Shown piece by piece: positions 29,880-39,018 of a stretch of 64,000 bases of DNA. The notes under the pieces were generated by a model. It worked only from the letters and a program-made list of their open reading frames with translations, did not search any database and had not been told where the DNA came from. Source of the DNA: Candidatus Rokuibacteriota bacterium (GTDB taxonomy: Bacteria > Methylomirabilota > Methylomirabilia > Rokubacteriales > CSP1-6); assembly GCA_003220495.1 (NCBI GenBank), contig QHSP01000015.1, positions 196,610 to 260,609 of the forward strand, given 5' to 3'. Numbering within the stretch: position 1 is the first letter of the stretch; the number at the start of each line of letters is the position of its first letter. The position numbers and the translations under genes are program-made.

Positions 29880-31505
29880 ATGGTGGGCCGGTCGATCGAT
29901 CGTCGCGCATTTCTCACGGGCGCTTCAGCGGCGGCCGCAGCCGTCGCCGGCGCGCCCCTCATCAAGCCCGCGCGCGCCAGCGCCGCCGGCGAACGCCTCG
30001 TCGTCGCCGTCGGGCAATGGGGCATCGAGACGCCGTTCGCGTGGCGGTCGAGCCAGTCCGAGAAGACTCTGTGGGACTGCGCGTACGACCCCTTGATCAT
30101 GCGCGATCCCAAGACATTCGAGTATCGTCCGGGGCTCGCCACGGAGTGGAAGCCTTCGAACGAGCTCAGGACGTGGACCTTCAAGCTGCGCTCCGGCGTG
30201 CCATTCCACGAAGGCTACGGCGAGATGACCGCCGAGGACGTGAAGTTCACGGTCGAGCAGAACCTCAAGCCCGATTCCCAGGGCGGGTCCGCGCCGTTCT
30301 TCCGCATGCACCTCGACCGCATCGAGACGCCCGACAAGCACACGGTCGTCATGCACTTCAAGAACCGGGTCTGGGAAGTGCCGTCGAACTTCACCCAGTT
30401 CGTCGGCTACCAGAACATCACGTCGAAGAAGTACATCGAGACGGTCGGCGAGGACAAGGCGGCGCTCCACCCGATCGGCACCGGGCCCTTCCGACACGTC
30501 GAGGGCAAGCAAGGCGACTATCACCGCTTCGAGGCCGTCGCCAACCACTGGCGCAAGACGCCCGCCTTCAAGGAGCTCGTCATCCGGCGCATCCCGGATC
30601 CCGCGACGCGGCTCGCCGGGCTTCGCGCCGGGGAGATCGACATCGGCAACGTGTTCGGCGACTACCTCGACCAGGCCAAGAAGTCCGGGCTCCGAATTCA
30701 CGAGACGCCCAACGCCGCGTGCCACTGGATGGTCCTGCAGGGCCAGACGACGCCGGACCGCGAGGACTATTGCCCGACCTGCCCCTGGGCCGGCGAGCCC
30801 AAAGATATGAAGAGCCAGGAGAACGCGCGCAAGGTCCGGCTCGCGCTCAACCTCGCCGTCAACAAGAAGACGATCGTCAACGCGCTCTGGAAGGGCCTGG
30901 GCTCCGAGGCGCCCTTCGCGTACTGGTACTATCCGTTCCACAAGGGCTTCAGCCGCGACTGGAAGGTCCCACCGTACGATCCCGAGCGCGCGAAGAAGCT
31001 CCTGGCCGAAGCCGGCCACGCCGGCGGCTTCGAAGTCCGGGTGAATCCCCTGGTCATGACCTACGCGCTCGACGGCCCCGACATGGTCGAGGCGGTCGCG
31101 CTCGACTGGGAGAAGATCGGCATCAAGGTCCGGCGCGTTCCCGAGGCCTTCAGCAACTTTCTTCCCAAGAACCGCGCCCGGAAGACGAACAAGACCCACT
31201 GGGTGTACGGCTCTCCGCCCTTCGACGAGCCCGTCCTGGCCTGGCAGCGCTGCATCTACTCCAAGGGCCCCTTCAATCTGCTGGCCGACGGACCATACGA
31301 CGAGGACGTCGACACGATCTCACGCGAGCTCGACGGCGAGAAGCGCGCCCGCATGACCCAGGCGCTGGGTCAGAAGCTTTACTCCGAGTATCACGGCGTG
31401 ATGCTCGGCGTCAGGTCACTCACGTGGGCGGTGAGCAAGAAGGTCAACAGCTGGCAGACCCTGGTCTACGTGCCGCTCGAGAACAACTACGAATACGTGA
31501 GCTGA
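29880..31505 (+). CDS. ABC transporter substrate-binding protein, family 5, Tat signal
   Basis: GAGGAGG RBS, DRRAFL, PGLATEW, TFKLRSG, IGTGPF, YDPERAKKLL. Confidence 0.92.
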   Translation: MVGRSIDRRAFLTGASAAAAAVAGAPLIKPARASAAGERLVVAVGQWGIETPFAWRSSQSEKTLWDCAYDPLIMRDPKTFEYRPGLATEWKPSNELRTWTFKLRSGVPFHEGYGEMTAEDVKFTVEQNLKPDSQGGSAPFFRMHLDRIETPDKHTVVMHFKNRVWEVPSNFTQFVGYQNITSKKYIETVGEDKAALHPIGTGPFRHVEGKQGDYHRFEAVANHWRKTPAFKELVIRRIPDPATRLAGLRAGEIDIGNVFGDYLDQAKKSGLRIHETPNAACHWMVLQGQTTPDREDYCPTCPWAGEPKDMKSQENARKVRLALNLAVNKKTIVNALWKGLGSEAPFAYWYYPFHKGFSRDWKVPPYDPERAKKLLAEAGHAGGFEVRVNPLVMTYALDGPDMVEAVALDWEKIGIKVRRVPEAFSNFLPKNRARKTNKTHWVYGSPPFDEPVLAWQRCIYSKGPFNLLADGPYDEDVDTISRELDGEKRARMTQALGQKLYSEYHGVMLGVRSLTWAVSKKVNSWQTLVYVPLENNYEYVS

Positions 31506-31523
31506 TCGAATAGGGGAGGGCCT

Positions 31524-33113
31524 ATGAGCCTCCATGTCCACGCACGCCTCTGCCGGCGGGGCCCCAGCCCCGCGACGGCCTGCAGCGCACACGGCCACCG
31601 GATCGCCTCGCTCCTGACGGCCGCCCTGCTGGTGCTCGCCGCGAGCGCGGCGGGCGCCGGCCAGCCCGGTGAAGCGGTGATGGCGTGGCACGTCACGCTC
31701 GCGCCGACGTGGTTCGATCCGTCCACGGCGCCGCCGCAGATCACACCGTTCGGCATGCTCTACGCCATCCACGACGCGATGGTCCGCCCGCTTCCCGGGA
31801 GCAAGATGGGCGCGAGCCTGGCGGAGTCGTGGCGGGAGAGTGGTGACGGCCTCACGTACGAGTTCAAGCTGCGGCCCGGTCTCAAGTTCCACAACGGCGA
31901 CCCGGTCACCACCGAGGACGTGAAGTTCAGCTACGAGCGTTACCGGGGCGCGGGCGCGAAAGAGCTCCAGACGCGCATTCGCCAGGTCGACATCGTCGAT
32001 CCGCTCACGATCCGCTTTCAGCTCAAGGAGCCGTGGCCCGACTTCATGACTTTCTACGGTACGACCGCCACCGCGGCGGGGATCGTCGTGCCCAAGAAGT
32101 ACCTCACGCAGGTCGGCGAGGAGGCGTTCCGCAAGCAGCCGATCGGCGCCGGCCCATACAAGCTGGTGAGCCACACGCCCGGCGTCGAGGTCGTGCTCGA
32201 GGCCTTCCCGGGCTACTGGCGCCACGCCCCGTACGTCAAGCGCCTGATCATGAAGAGCGTCACCGACGGGACCACGCGCGCGGCGATGCTGAGGACGGGC
32301 GAAGCGGACATCGCGTATGCGCTCGACGGCCCGGATGCCGACAACGTGAAGCGCGACCCGCGCGTGCAGATCGTGGCCTCGCGCCACGCCTCGATCAACT
32401 GGCTCGAGTTCGCCGATCAGTGGGATCCGAAGTCGCCCTGGGCCGATCGGCGCCTGCGGCTGGCGGTCAACCACGCGATCAACCGCAAGGCGATCAACGA
32501 GGCCGCCTGTCTGGGCTTCTGCCCGCCCGCGGGCGTCATCGTGCCCCGCGTGATGGACTTCGCGCTCCAGGTCGAGCCGCCGGCCTACGACCCGCAGCGG
32601 GCGAAGCTGCTCCTCGCGGACGCCGGCTATCCGAACGGGATCGACGCCGGCGAGCTCGTCCCGATCCCGCCGTTCTTCACAATGGGCGAGGCGGTCGTGA
32701 ACTACCTCAACGCCGTCGGGATCCGCGTGACCATGCGCCAGATGGAGCGCGCGACCTTCTATACGGCGTGGCGCGAGAAGAAGCTCCGTCCGCTGTTCAT
32801 CACGGGTGTCGGCAACTCGGGCAACGCCGCGAGCCGCGTACAGGAATTCATCTTCTCCAAGGGAACCTACGCCTACGGGGGCTACCCGGACATCGACGAT
32901 CTCTTCGAGCAGCAGGCGCGCGAGCGCGACACGCGCAAGCGCGAAGCGCTCCTGCACCGGATCCAGCAGCTCACGATCGACCGGGTGATGTTCGCCCCGA
33001 TCATGGATTTCCGCGCGTTGATGGGGATCGGGCCGCGCGTGACCGAGCACACGATCACCTCGATCCACAACTCGCCGTTCCCGTCCTACGAGGACATGCG
33101 GATCAAGGACTAG
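31524..33113 (+). CDS. ABC transporter substrate-binding protein, family 5
   Basis: GGGAGG RBS, SLAESW, YEFKLRPGLKFHNG, IGAGPY; N-terminus contains hairpin repeat copy E. Confidence 0.9.
   Translation: MSLHVHARLCRRGPSPATACSAHGHRIASLLTAALLVLAASAAGAGQPGEAVMAWHVTLAPTWFDPSTAPPQITPFGMLYAIHDAMVRPLPGSKMGASLAESWRESGDGLTYEFKLRPGLKFHNGDPVTTEDVKFSYERYRGAGAKELQTRIRQVDIVDPLTIRFQLKEPWPDFMTFYGTTATAAGIVVPKKYLTQVGEEAFRKQPIGAGPYKLVSHTPGVEVVLEAFPGYWRHAPYVKRLIMKSVTDGTTRAAMLRTGEADIAYALDGPDADNVKRDPRVQIVASRHASINWLEFADQWDPKSPWADRRLRLAVNHAINRKAINEAACLGFCPPAGVIVPRVMDFALQVEPPAYDPQRAKLLLADAGYPNGIDAGELVPIPPFFTMGEAVVNYLNAVGIRVTMRQMERATFYTAWREKKLRPLFITGVGNSGNAASRVQEFIFSKGTYAYGGYPDIDDLFEQQARERDTRKREALLHRIQQLTIDRVMFAPIMDFRALMGIGPRVTEHTITSIHNSPFPSYEDMRIKD
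31541..31592 (-). repeat. Dispersed ~50-bp hairpin repeat, copy E (inside CDS)
   Basis: cgcacgcctctgccggcggggccccagccccgcgacggcctgcagcgcacac; translated as ARLCRRGPSPATACSAH. Confidence 0.85.
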
Positions 33114-35116
33114 CGGGCGATCAGGGGGGCCGGCCTCAGATCGTAGAGCCGCATCCCGCTCCGCCGGCCGCCAAGCGCGCTCGAGCGCCACAGCGCCGGG
33201 TCCACCAGCTGGCCACGTTCCTGGACCCAGTCGGTGATGGGCTTTGCCGCCACGTCGGCCCCGAGCCGCCGGCTGATGAACGGTCCGTCGCCGACCATCA
33301 CGAATCGGATCTGCCCCGCGTCGACCATCCCGGCGAGCTTCTCTGGCGTCAGGATCGGATCCAGCCCGTGGAAGCCGCCCATCGCCATCACGGAGCGCCC
33401 GGACCCGATGATGATCGGCGCCGCGAGCCGCGTCGTCGTGGTGGCGAGCAGATAGCGTTCGCCCGTGTGGTTGGCTTCGAGAAACGCGACGAGGCCTGAC
33501 GGATCGTACGGCTCGATCGTCCGGCTTCGGGCGGGCGCGTCGCCGGCGACGGGGACGAGTCGAGCGAGATCGGCGGAGGGGATCGCCCCGGGACCCGCCA
33601 CCAGCACGCTGCTCAGCGCCCAGGCGGCCGGAGCCAGGAGCAGCGCGACCAGCCCGATCGCGACGGCGCTCGCGGCGAGGGCCCGAGCCCGCGGACTCGG
33701 CGGCTCTGAAGCGCTCGGCCGCAAGACCAGCATCACGAGCAGAACGCCCGCGGACAGGAGCGTACCGCCGATGAGCACGAGGTGGATCGGGTGATGGCCG
33801 CCGAGCCTCCATCCCAGCGCGCTCGCGTCGATGTAGAGCTGCCACGCCGCAGTCAGCAGGAGCGACGCGGGCAGGAGCACGGCCCGCCCGGCGCCTTGGA
33901 GAAACGATTCGCACAGCGTCGCGACGCCGATGCCGGCAAGCGCGGCGAGTGGCGGCGCCATCGTCGCAAGGTAGTAGAAGTGAAAGAAGCCACCGGCGTA
34001 GCTGTAGACCCCGGCATAGGTGAGGAGCCAGCCGAGCCACAAGATCACGGCCAGACGCGTCGGAGAGAGCGGCCCGTGGATACGATCCCGCGACGCGCCG
34101 AGCACGAGCCCGGCGACAGCGAGCGGCAAGAGCCAGCCCACCTGACCGGCGAGCTGGCCGTCGGCCAGCCGCAGCGCACCGGCCGGCGCCTGGACGAAGA
34201 GCCGGGAGAAGCCGCGGCGAGGTCCCGACTCGGGCGCGCGGTCGGTGCCGCCGGCGGCCCGCGCCGCGGCACGCGAGGGATCGGCCGCCGGCGCGATCGA
34301 GGCGCTCCGGAACTCGGCGGACCGAATGAATCGCCCGACGCCGTAAGGCCCGACTGCGAGCTCCAGCATCGAGTTCTGGTTGGTCGTGCCGGCGTACGGC
34401 CGCCGGTCCGGCGGCGTGAGGTCGAAGACAAGCACCCAGCTCAGCGAGACGGCGGTCAGAACGACCCCGGCGACGGCGAGGTCGACGACGCGCCGGCGCC
34501 ACGCGAGCGGCGCGCCGACGAGGTAGACCAGCACGAAGGTCGGGAGCACGACGCACGCGGCCAGCATCTTCACGTTGAACCCGAGACCGACCAGAGCCAT
34601 GGCCAGCGCGAGAAGGGGCCAGCGGCCCTGCTCGACGGCGAGCGTCAGCGCCCAGGCCGCCAGCAGCAGAACGAGCACCAGGCAGCTATCGGTGTTGCTC
34701 GAGCGGTCGATCGCGACGCTGACGGGCGTGAGGGCCAGAAAGAGAGCCGCCAGCAAGCCGGCGGCGGCGCCGAATCGACGCTGGACCAGGTGATAGAGGA
34801 GCGTCACCGCGGCGACACCTTCCAGCGCCTGCGGGATCAGCACGCTCAAGGCGTGAAAGCCGAAGAGCTTGACGCTCGCGACCTGGATCCACAGCGCCAC
34901 CGGCGGCTTGTCCACCGAGATGAAGCCGGCCGGGTCGAACGAGCCGTAGAGGAAGTTGTGCCAGCTGAGGCTCATGCTGCGCACGCCCGCGGTGTAGTAC
35001 TCGTTGCCGAAGCCGTTCTGGTCCAGGCGCCAGAGCCTGAGCGCCGCGGCCAGGCAGAGCACCGCTCCGAGCCCGAACCTCAGGGGCAGTCGCCTGGTCG
35101 CGTTCGTCGTGTCCAT
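33110..35116 (-). CDS. Glycosyltransferase family 39 / PMT-like membrane protein (YkcB/ArnT-like)
   Basis: NEYYTAGVRSM, SVDKPP, GFNVKM, FHFYY, MAMGGF; multi-TM. Confidence 0.87.
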   Translation of the reverse strand: MDTTNATRRLPLRFGLGAVLCLAAALRLWRLDQNGFGNEYYTAGVRSMSLSWHNFLYGSFDPAGFISVDKPPVALWIQVASVKLFGFHALSVLIPQALEGVAAVTLLYHLVQRRFGAAAGLLAALFLALTPVSVAIDRSSNTDSCLVLVLLLAAWALTLAVEQGRWPLLALAMALVGLGFNVKMLAACVVLPTFVLVYLVGAPLAWRRRVVDLAVAGVVLTAVSLSWVLVFDLTPPDRRPYAGTTNQNSMLELAVGPYGVGRFIRSAEFRSASIAPAADPSRAAARAAGGTDRAPESGPRRGFSRLFVQAPAGALRLADGQLAGQVGWLLPLAVAGLVLGASRDRIHGPLSPTRLAVILWLGWLLTYAGVYSYAGGFFHFYYLATMAPPLAALAGIGVATLCESFLQGAGRAVLLPASLLLTAAWQLYIDASALGWRLGGHHPIHLVLIGGTLLSAGVLLVMLVLRPSASEPPSPRARALAASAVAIGLVALLLAPAAWALSSVLVAGPGAIPSADLARLVPVAGDAPARSRTIEPYDPSGLVAFLEANHTGERYLLATTTTRLAAPIIIGSGRSVMAMGGFHGLDPILTPEKLAGMVDAGQIRFVMVGDGPFISRRLGADVAAKPITDWVQERGQLVDPALWRSSALGGRRSGMRLYDLRPAPLIAR

Positions 35117-35180
35117 CGGCGGCAGAATACTCTGACGTAATGCCCGGCGGGGTCGTTGACACGAGAAGAGCTCGCGCCCA

Positions 35181-35208
35181 TTGACACCCGGGAGCCACGC
35201 GATACCAT
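35181..35208 (+). promoter_or_regulatory. Putative promoter TTGACA-N16-TACCAT
   Basis: Perfect -35; cattgac...ccacgcgNtaccatcc shared with 29808-29839. Confidence 0.6.
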
Positions 35209-35237
35209 CCCGCCACACTCACTTTCCGGAGGTCACC

Positions 35238-36872
35238 ATGGCCGGATCTCTCAATCGTCGAGCCTTCTTGACGCGCGCCGGAACGGCAGCCGCCGCGGTC
35301 ATGAGCGGACCGTTCGTCCGTACATCGCGCGTCACCGCGGCATCCGGCGACCGCCTGGTGGTGGCGCTCGGTCAGTGGGGCACGGAGACACCGTTCGCCT
35401 GGCGATCGACCCAGGGTGAAAAACCGTTGTGGGACTGCGTCTACGATCCGCTCATCATGCGCGATCCGAAGACCTTCGAGTACCGTCCCGGGTTGGCCAC
35501 GGAGTGGAAGCCGTCGAACGAGATGCGAACGTGGACGTTCAAGCTGCGGTCGGGGATCAAGTTCCACGAGGGCTGGGGCGACCTGACCGCGCAGGACGTC
35601 AAGTTCACGGTCGAGCAGAACCTCAAGCCCGACTCGGGCGGTGGCTCGGCGCCGTTCTTCCGCTTGAACCTCGATCGGATCGAAACGCCGGACAAGCTCA
35701 CGGTGGTCATGCATTTCAAGAACCGGGTCTGGGAGGTCGCCTCCAACTTCACTCAGTTCGTCGGCTACCAGAACGTCGTCCCGAAGAAATATCTTGAGAC
35801 GGTCGGCGAGGAGAAGGCGGCCCTGCACCCGATCGGCACCGGCCCGTACCGGCACGTCGAGGGGCGCCAGGGCGACTACCATCGCTTCGAGGCCGTCAGC
35901 AATCACTGGCGAAAGCCGCCAGGCTTCAAGGAGCTGATCATTCGTCGGGTTGCCGACCCGGCGACACGCGTGTCGGGGCTCCGAGCCGGCGAAATCGACA
36001 TCGGCGTGGTCTTCGGCGACTATCTCGACCAGGCGGTGAAGTCGGGGCTCCGCCTGCACGACGCGACCAACTCCGCCTGCTACTGGGTCATCCTGAGCGG
36101 CCAGACGACACCGGACCGCGAGGACTACTGCCCGACGTGTCCGTGGGCGGGTGATCCCAACGACCCGAAGAGTCGAGAGAATGCGAAGAAGGTGCGGCTG
36201 GCGCTGAACCTCGCCGTCAACAAGAAGGCGATCATCAGCGGGCTCTGGAAAGGGAAGGGCTCCGAGACGCCGTTCTCGTACTATTACTACCCCTTCCACA
36301 AGGGCTATAGCTCCGACTGGAAAATTCCCCCCTACGATCCCGAGCGCGCGAAGAAGCTCCTCGCCGAAGCGGGGCACGCTGGCGGGTTCGAGGTGCGCGT
36401 GAACCCCACGGTCATGGTCTACGCGCTCGACGGCCCGGACGTGATGGAAGCCGTCGCGCTCGACTGGGAGAAGGTCGGAATCAGGCCCAAGCGCTTCCCG
36501 GAGATGATCAGCACCTTCGGCCCCAAGAGCCGCAACCGGAAGACGAACAAGACGCACTGGGTCTACGGCTCGCCGCCGTTCGACGAGCCGATCCTGGCCT
36601 GGAGCCGCGTCCTGCACTCGAAGGGCACCTTCAACCTGCTGTGCGACGGTCAATACGACGAGGACATCGAGACGGCGATGCGGGAGTTCGACGCCGACAA
36701 GCGCGCCCGACTGACGCAGGCGCTGGGGCAGAAGCTCTACGACGCGCATCACGGAGTCATGCTGGGCATGAAGTCGATCACGTGGGCGCTGAGCCGGCAG
36801 GTCGGAAGCTGGCAGTCGCTCGCCTACGTGCCCCTCGAGAACAACTACGAGTACATCGCCCCGGCGAGCTAG
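35238..36872 (+). CDS. ABC transporter substrate-binding protein, family 5, Tat signal (close paralogue of 29880..31505)
   Basis: GGAGG RBS, NRRAFL, long identical blocks with the 29880 protein. Confidence 0.92.
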   Translation: MAGSLNRRAFLTRAGTAAAAVMSGPFVRTSRVTAASGDRLVVALGQWGTETPFAWRSTQGEKPLWDCVYDPLIMRDPKTFEYRPGLATEWKPSNEMRTWTFKLRSGIKFHEGWGDLTAQDVKFTVEQNLKPDSGGGSAPFFRLNLDRIETPDKLTVVMHFKNRVWEVASNFTQFVGYQNVVPKKYLETVGEEKAALHPIGTGPYRHVEGRQGDYHRFEAVSNHWRKPPGFKELIIRRVADPATRVSGLRAGEIDIGVVFGDYLDQAVKSGLRLHDATNSACYWVILSGQTTPDREDYCPTCPWAGDPNDPKSRENAKKVRLALNLAVNKKAIISGLWKGKGSETPFSYYYYPFHKGYSSDWKIPPYDPERAKKLLAEAGHAGGFEVRVNPTVMVYALDGPDVMEAVALDWEKVGIRPKRFPEMISTFGPKSRNRKTNKTHWVYGSPPFDEPILAWSRVLHSKGTFNLLCDGQYDEDIETAMREFDADKRARLTQALGQKLYDAHHGVMLGMKSITWALSRQVGSWQSLAYVPLENNYEYIAPAS

Positions 36873-36878
36873 ACGGCC

Positions 36879-38048
36879 ATGCACCGGAGCACCGACCGCT
36901 TCCTGACGACCCACGCCGGAAGCCTGCCGCGCCCGGGTGACCTGCTCGAGCTGATCCAGGCCAAGGCGACCGGCCGCCCCTACGATCAAGAGGCCTTCGC
37001 CGCCCGGGTGAGACAGGCGGTCGGAGAGATCGTCGGCAAGCAGACCGAACTCGGCGTCGACGTCGTCGATGACGGCGAGATGGGCAAGCCCGGCTTCATT
37101 CCGTACGTCAACGAGCGCCTGTCCGGCTTCGAGCCCGACCCGGCAGGCCGGGTCAGCCCGTGGAGCGGCTCGCGCGAAGTGCGAGCGTTCCCCGAGTTCT
37201 ACGAGTGGTTCTCGCGTGCGATGCCGAGCCCAGCCGTACGGTCGTTGCACATGGTGTGCACGGGCCCGATCGTCTACACGGGCGCGAAGCACGTCCAGAC
37301 CGATATCGAGAACCTCAAGGCGTCCCTGGCCGGAAGCGGCGCCCGGGAAGCCTTCATCCCGGCGATCTCGCCCACGAGCATCGAGGACTGGCAGCGGAAC
37401 GCCTACTACAAGACCGAGGAGGAATACCTCGCCGCGATCGCCGAGGCGATGCACGAGGAGTACAAGGCCATCGTCGATGCGGGATTCCTCGTGCAGATCG
37501 ACGATCCCCACCTGGCGACCCACTACGTGTCCCGGCCCGAGCTCAGCGTCGATCAGGTCCGTCGCTGGGCCGAAGTGCGCGTGGAGGCGCTCAACCATGC
37601 GCTGCGCGGGCTGCCGCGCGATCGCATCCGCTGGCACACGTGCTACGGCATCAACATCGGCCCGCGCGTTCACGACCTGGAGCTCAAGCACTTCGTCGAC
37701 GTGATCCTAAAAATCCGGGCCGGCGCCTACTCGTTCGAAGCCGCGAACCCGCGGCACGAGCACGAGTGGCGCGTGTGGGAGCAGGTGAAGCTTCCGGAAG
37801 GCGCCATCTTGATCCCGGGCACGATCACGCAGTCGACCGTCCTCGTCGAGCATCCGGAGCTGGTGGCCGATCGCATCGGCCGGTTCGCGCGGGTGGTCGG
37901 ACGCGAGAACGTCATCGCGGGCGCCGACTGCGGCTTTGCGACGTTCGCCGGCTCGACCGAAATCCACCCGAGCGTCGTCTGGGCCAAGTTCGCGGCGCTC
38001 GTCGAAGGGGCCCGCCTCGCGACCAGGCAGCTGTGGGGCCGGAGCTGA
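36879..38048 (+). CDS. Cobalamin-independent methionine synthase II-like protein
   Basis: FLTTHAGSLPRP, DGEMGK, WHTCYG, NPRHEHEW, AGADCGF. Confidence 0.88.
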   Translation: MHRSTDRFLTTHAGSLPRPGDLLELIQAKATGRPYDQEAFAARVRQAVGEIVGKQTELGVDVVDDGEMGKPGFIPYVNERLSGFEPDPAGRVSPWSGSREVRAFPEFYEWFSRAMPSPAVRSLHMVCTGPIVYTGAKHVQTDIENLKASLAGSGAREAFIPAISPTSIEDWQRNAYYKTEEEYLAAIAEAMHEEYKAIVDAGFLVQIDDPHLATHYVSRPELSVDQVRRWAEVRVEALNHALRGLPRDRIRWHTCYGINIGPRVHDLELKHFVDVILKIRAGAYSFEAANPRHEHEWRVWEQVKLPEGAILIPGTITQSTVLVEHPELVADRIGRFARVVGRENVIAGADCGFATFAGSTEIHPSVVWAKFAALVEGARLATRQLWGRS

Positions 38049-38097
38049 CCCTGCCGACACCCGACGCGTTCGTCGAGTTCCTCGAGAGCTGAGGCGC

Positions 38098-39018
38098 ATG
38101 CAGCGCTTCATCATCGGACGGGTGATCCAGTCGATCGTGTCGATGTTCGTCGTATCGGTCGTGGTCTTCGCGCTCGTGCGGCTCTCCGGCGACCCGATCC
38201 AGATCATGATGCCCGCCGAGGCGTCGAAGGCGGACATCGAGCTCATGCGCGCGCACCTCGGCCTGGATCGCCCGTGGAGCGTCCAGTACTGGCGCTTCCT
38301 GACCCAGGCGCTCCAGGGAGACTTCGGACGGTCCGTCCGATTCCGCCGTCCCGCGCTCGATCTGGTCGCCGAGCGGTACGGAGCCACGCTCGAGCTCGGC
38401 GGCCTGGCCGTGCTCATCGTGATCGTCGTGGCGCTCCCGGTCGGCGTGTACTCCGCTGTCCGACGCGGCAGCGCGCTCGACTACACCGCGCGGGCCTTCG
38501 CGGCGCTCGGCCAGGCGGTGCCGCCGTTCTGGCTCGGCCTGGTGCTCGTCCTCATCTTCGGCGTCATGCTCCACCTGCTGCCGACGTCCGGGCGCGGCAC
38601 GCCGCTCCACGTGCTCTTGCCGGGTATCACGCTCGGCTGGTTCGCCGTCGCCGGGCTCATGCGGCTCACGCGCTCGTCGATGCTCGACGTCCTCGGCAGC
38701 GAGTACGTCAAGCTCGCGCGGATCAAGGGATTACCGGAGCGCCGGGTGATCTGGCGCCACGCGTTCAAGAACGCCGCGCTGCCGGTGGTGACGTTCGCGG
38801 CGCTCCTGTTCGTGGCGCTCTTGAACGGCTCGATCATCGTGGAGACGGTATTCGGCTGGCCGGGCCTCGGCCTGCTGGTGATCGAGGCGGTCGACTCGCG
38901 CGATTATCCGATCGTGCAGACCGTCGTCCTGTTTCTGTCCGCGATGTACATCGGCGTCAACCTGATCGTCGACGTGCTCTACGCGTACCTCAATCCAAAG
39001 ATCAGGTACTCGCGATGA
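38098..39018 (+). CDS. ABC transporter permease (DppB-like)
   Basis: SGDP, LGLDRP--VQY, EYVKLARIKGL, YAYLNPKI. Confidence 0.92.
   Translation: MQRFIIGRVIQSIVSMFVVSVVVFALVRLSGDPIQIMMPAEASKADIELMRAHLGLDRPWSVQYWRFLTQALQGDFGRSVRFRRPALDLVAERYGATLELGGLAVLIVIVVALPVGVYSAVRRGSALDYTARAFAALGQAVPPFWLGLVLVLIFGVMLHLLPTSGRGTPLHVLLPGITLGWFAVAGLMRLTRSSMLDVLGSEYVKLARIKGLPERRVIWRHAFKNAALPVVTFAALLFVALLNGSIIVETVFGWPGLGLLVIEAVDSRDYPIVQTVVLFLSAMYIGVNLIVDVLYAYLNPKIRYSR

Noticed and set aside
566..31592. Hairpin repeats as a CRISPR array or intrinsic terminators
   Set aside because: Copies are kilobases apart with no spacers or cas genes; they lack U-tracts and mostly lie upstream of genes
31416..37691. 1046-aa (31416-34556) and 1001-aa (34686-37691) minus-strand ORFs
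   Set aside because: Shadow frames of the SBP, GT39 and MetE-like genes; Arg/Ala/Gly-rich with no family motifs
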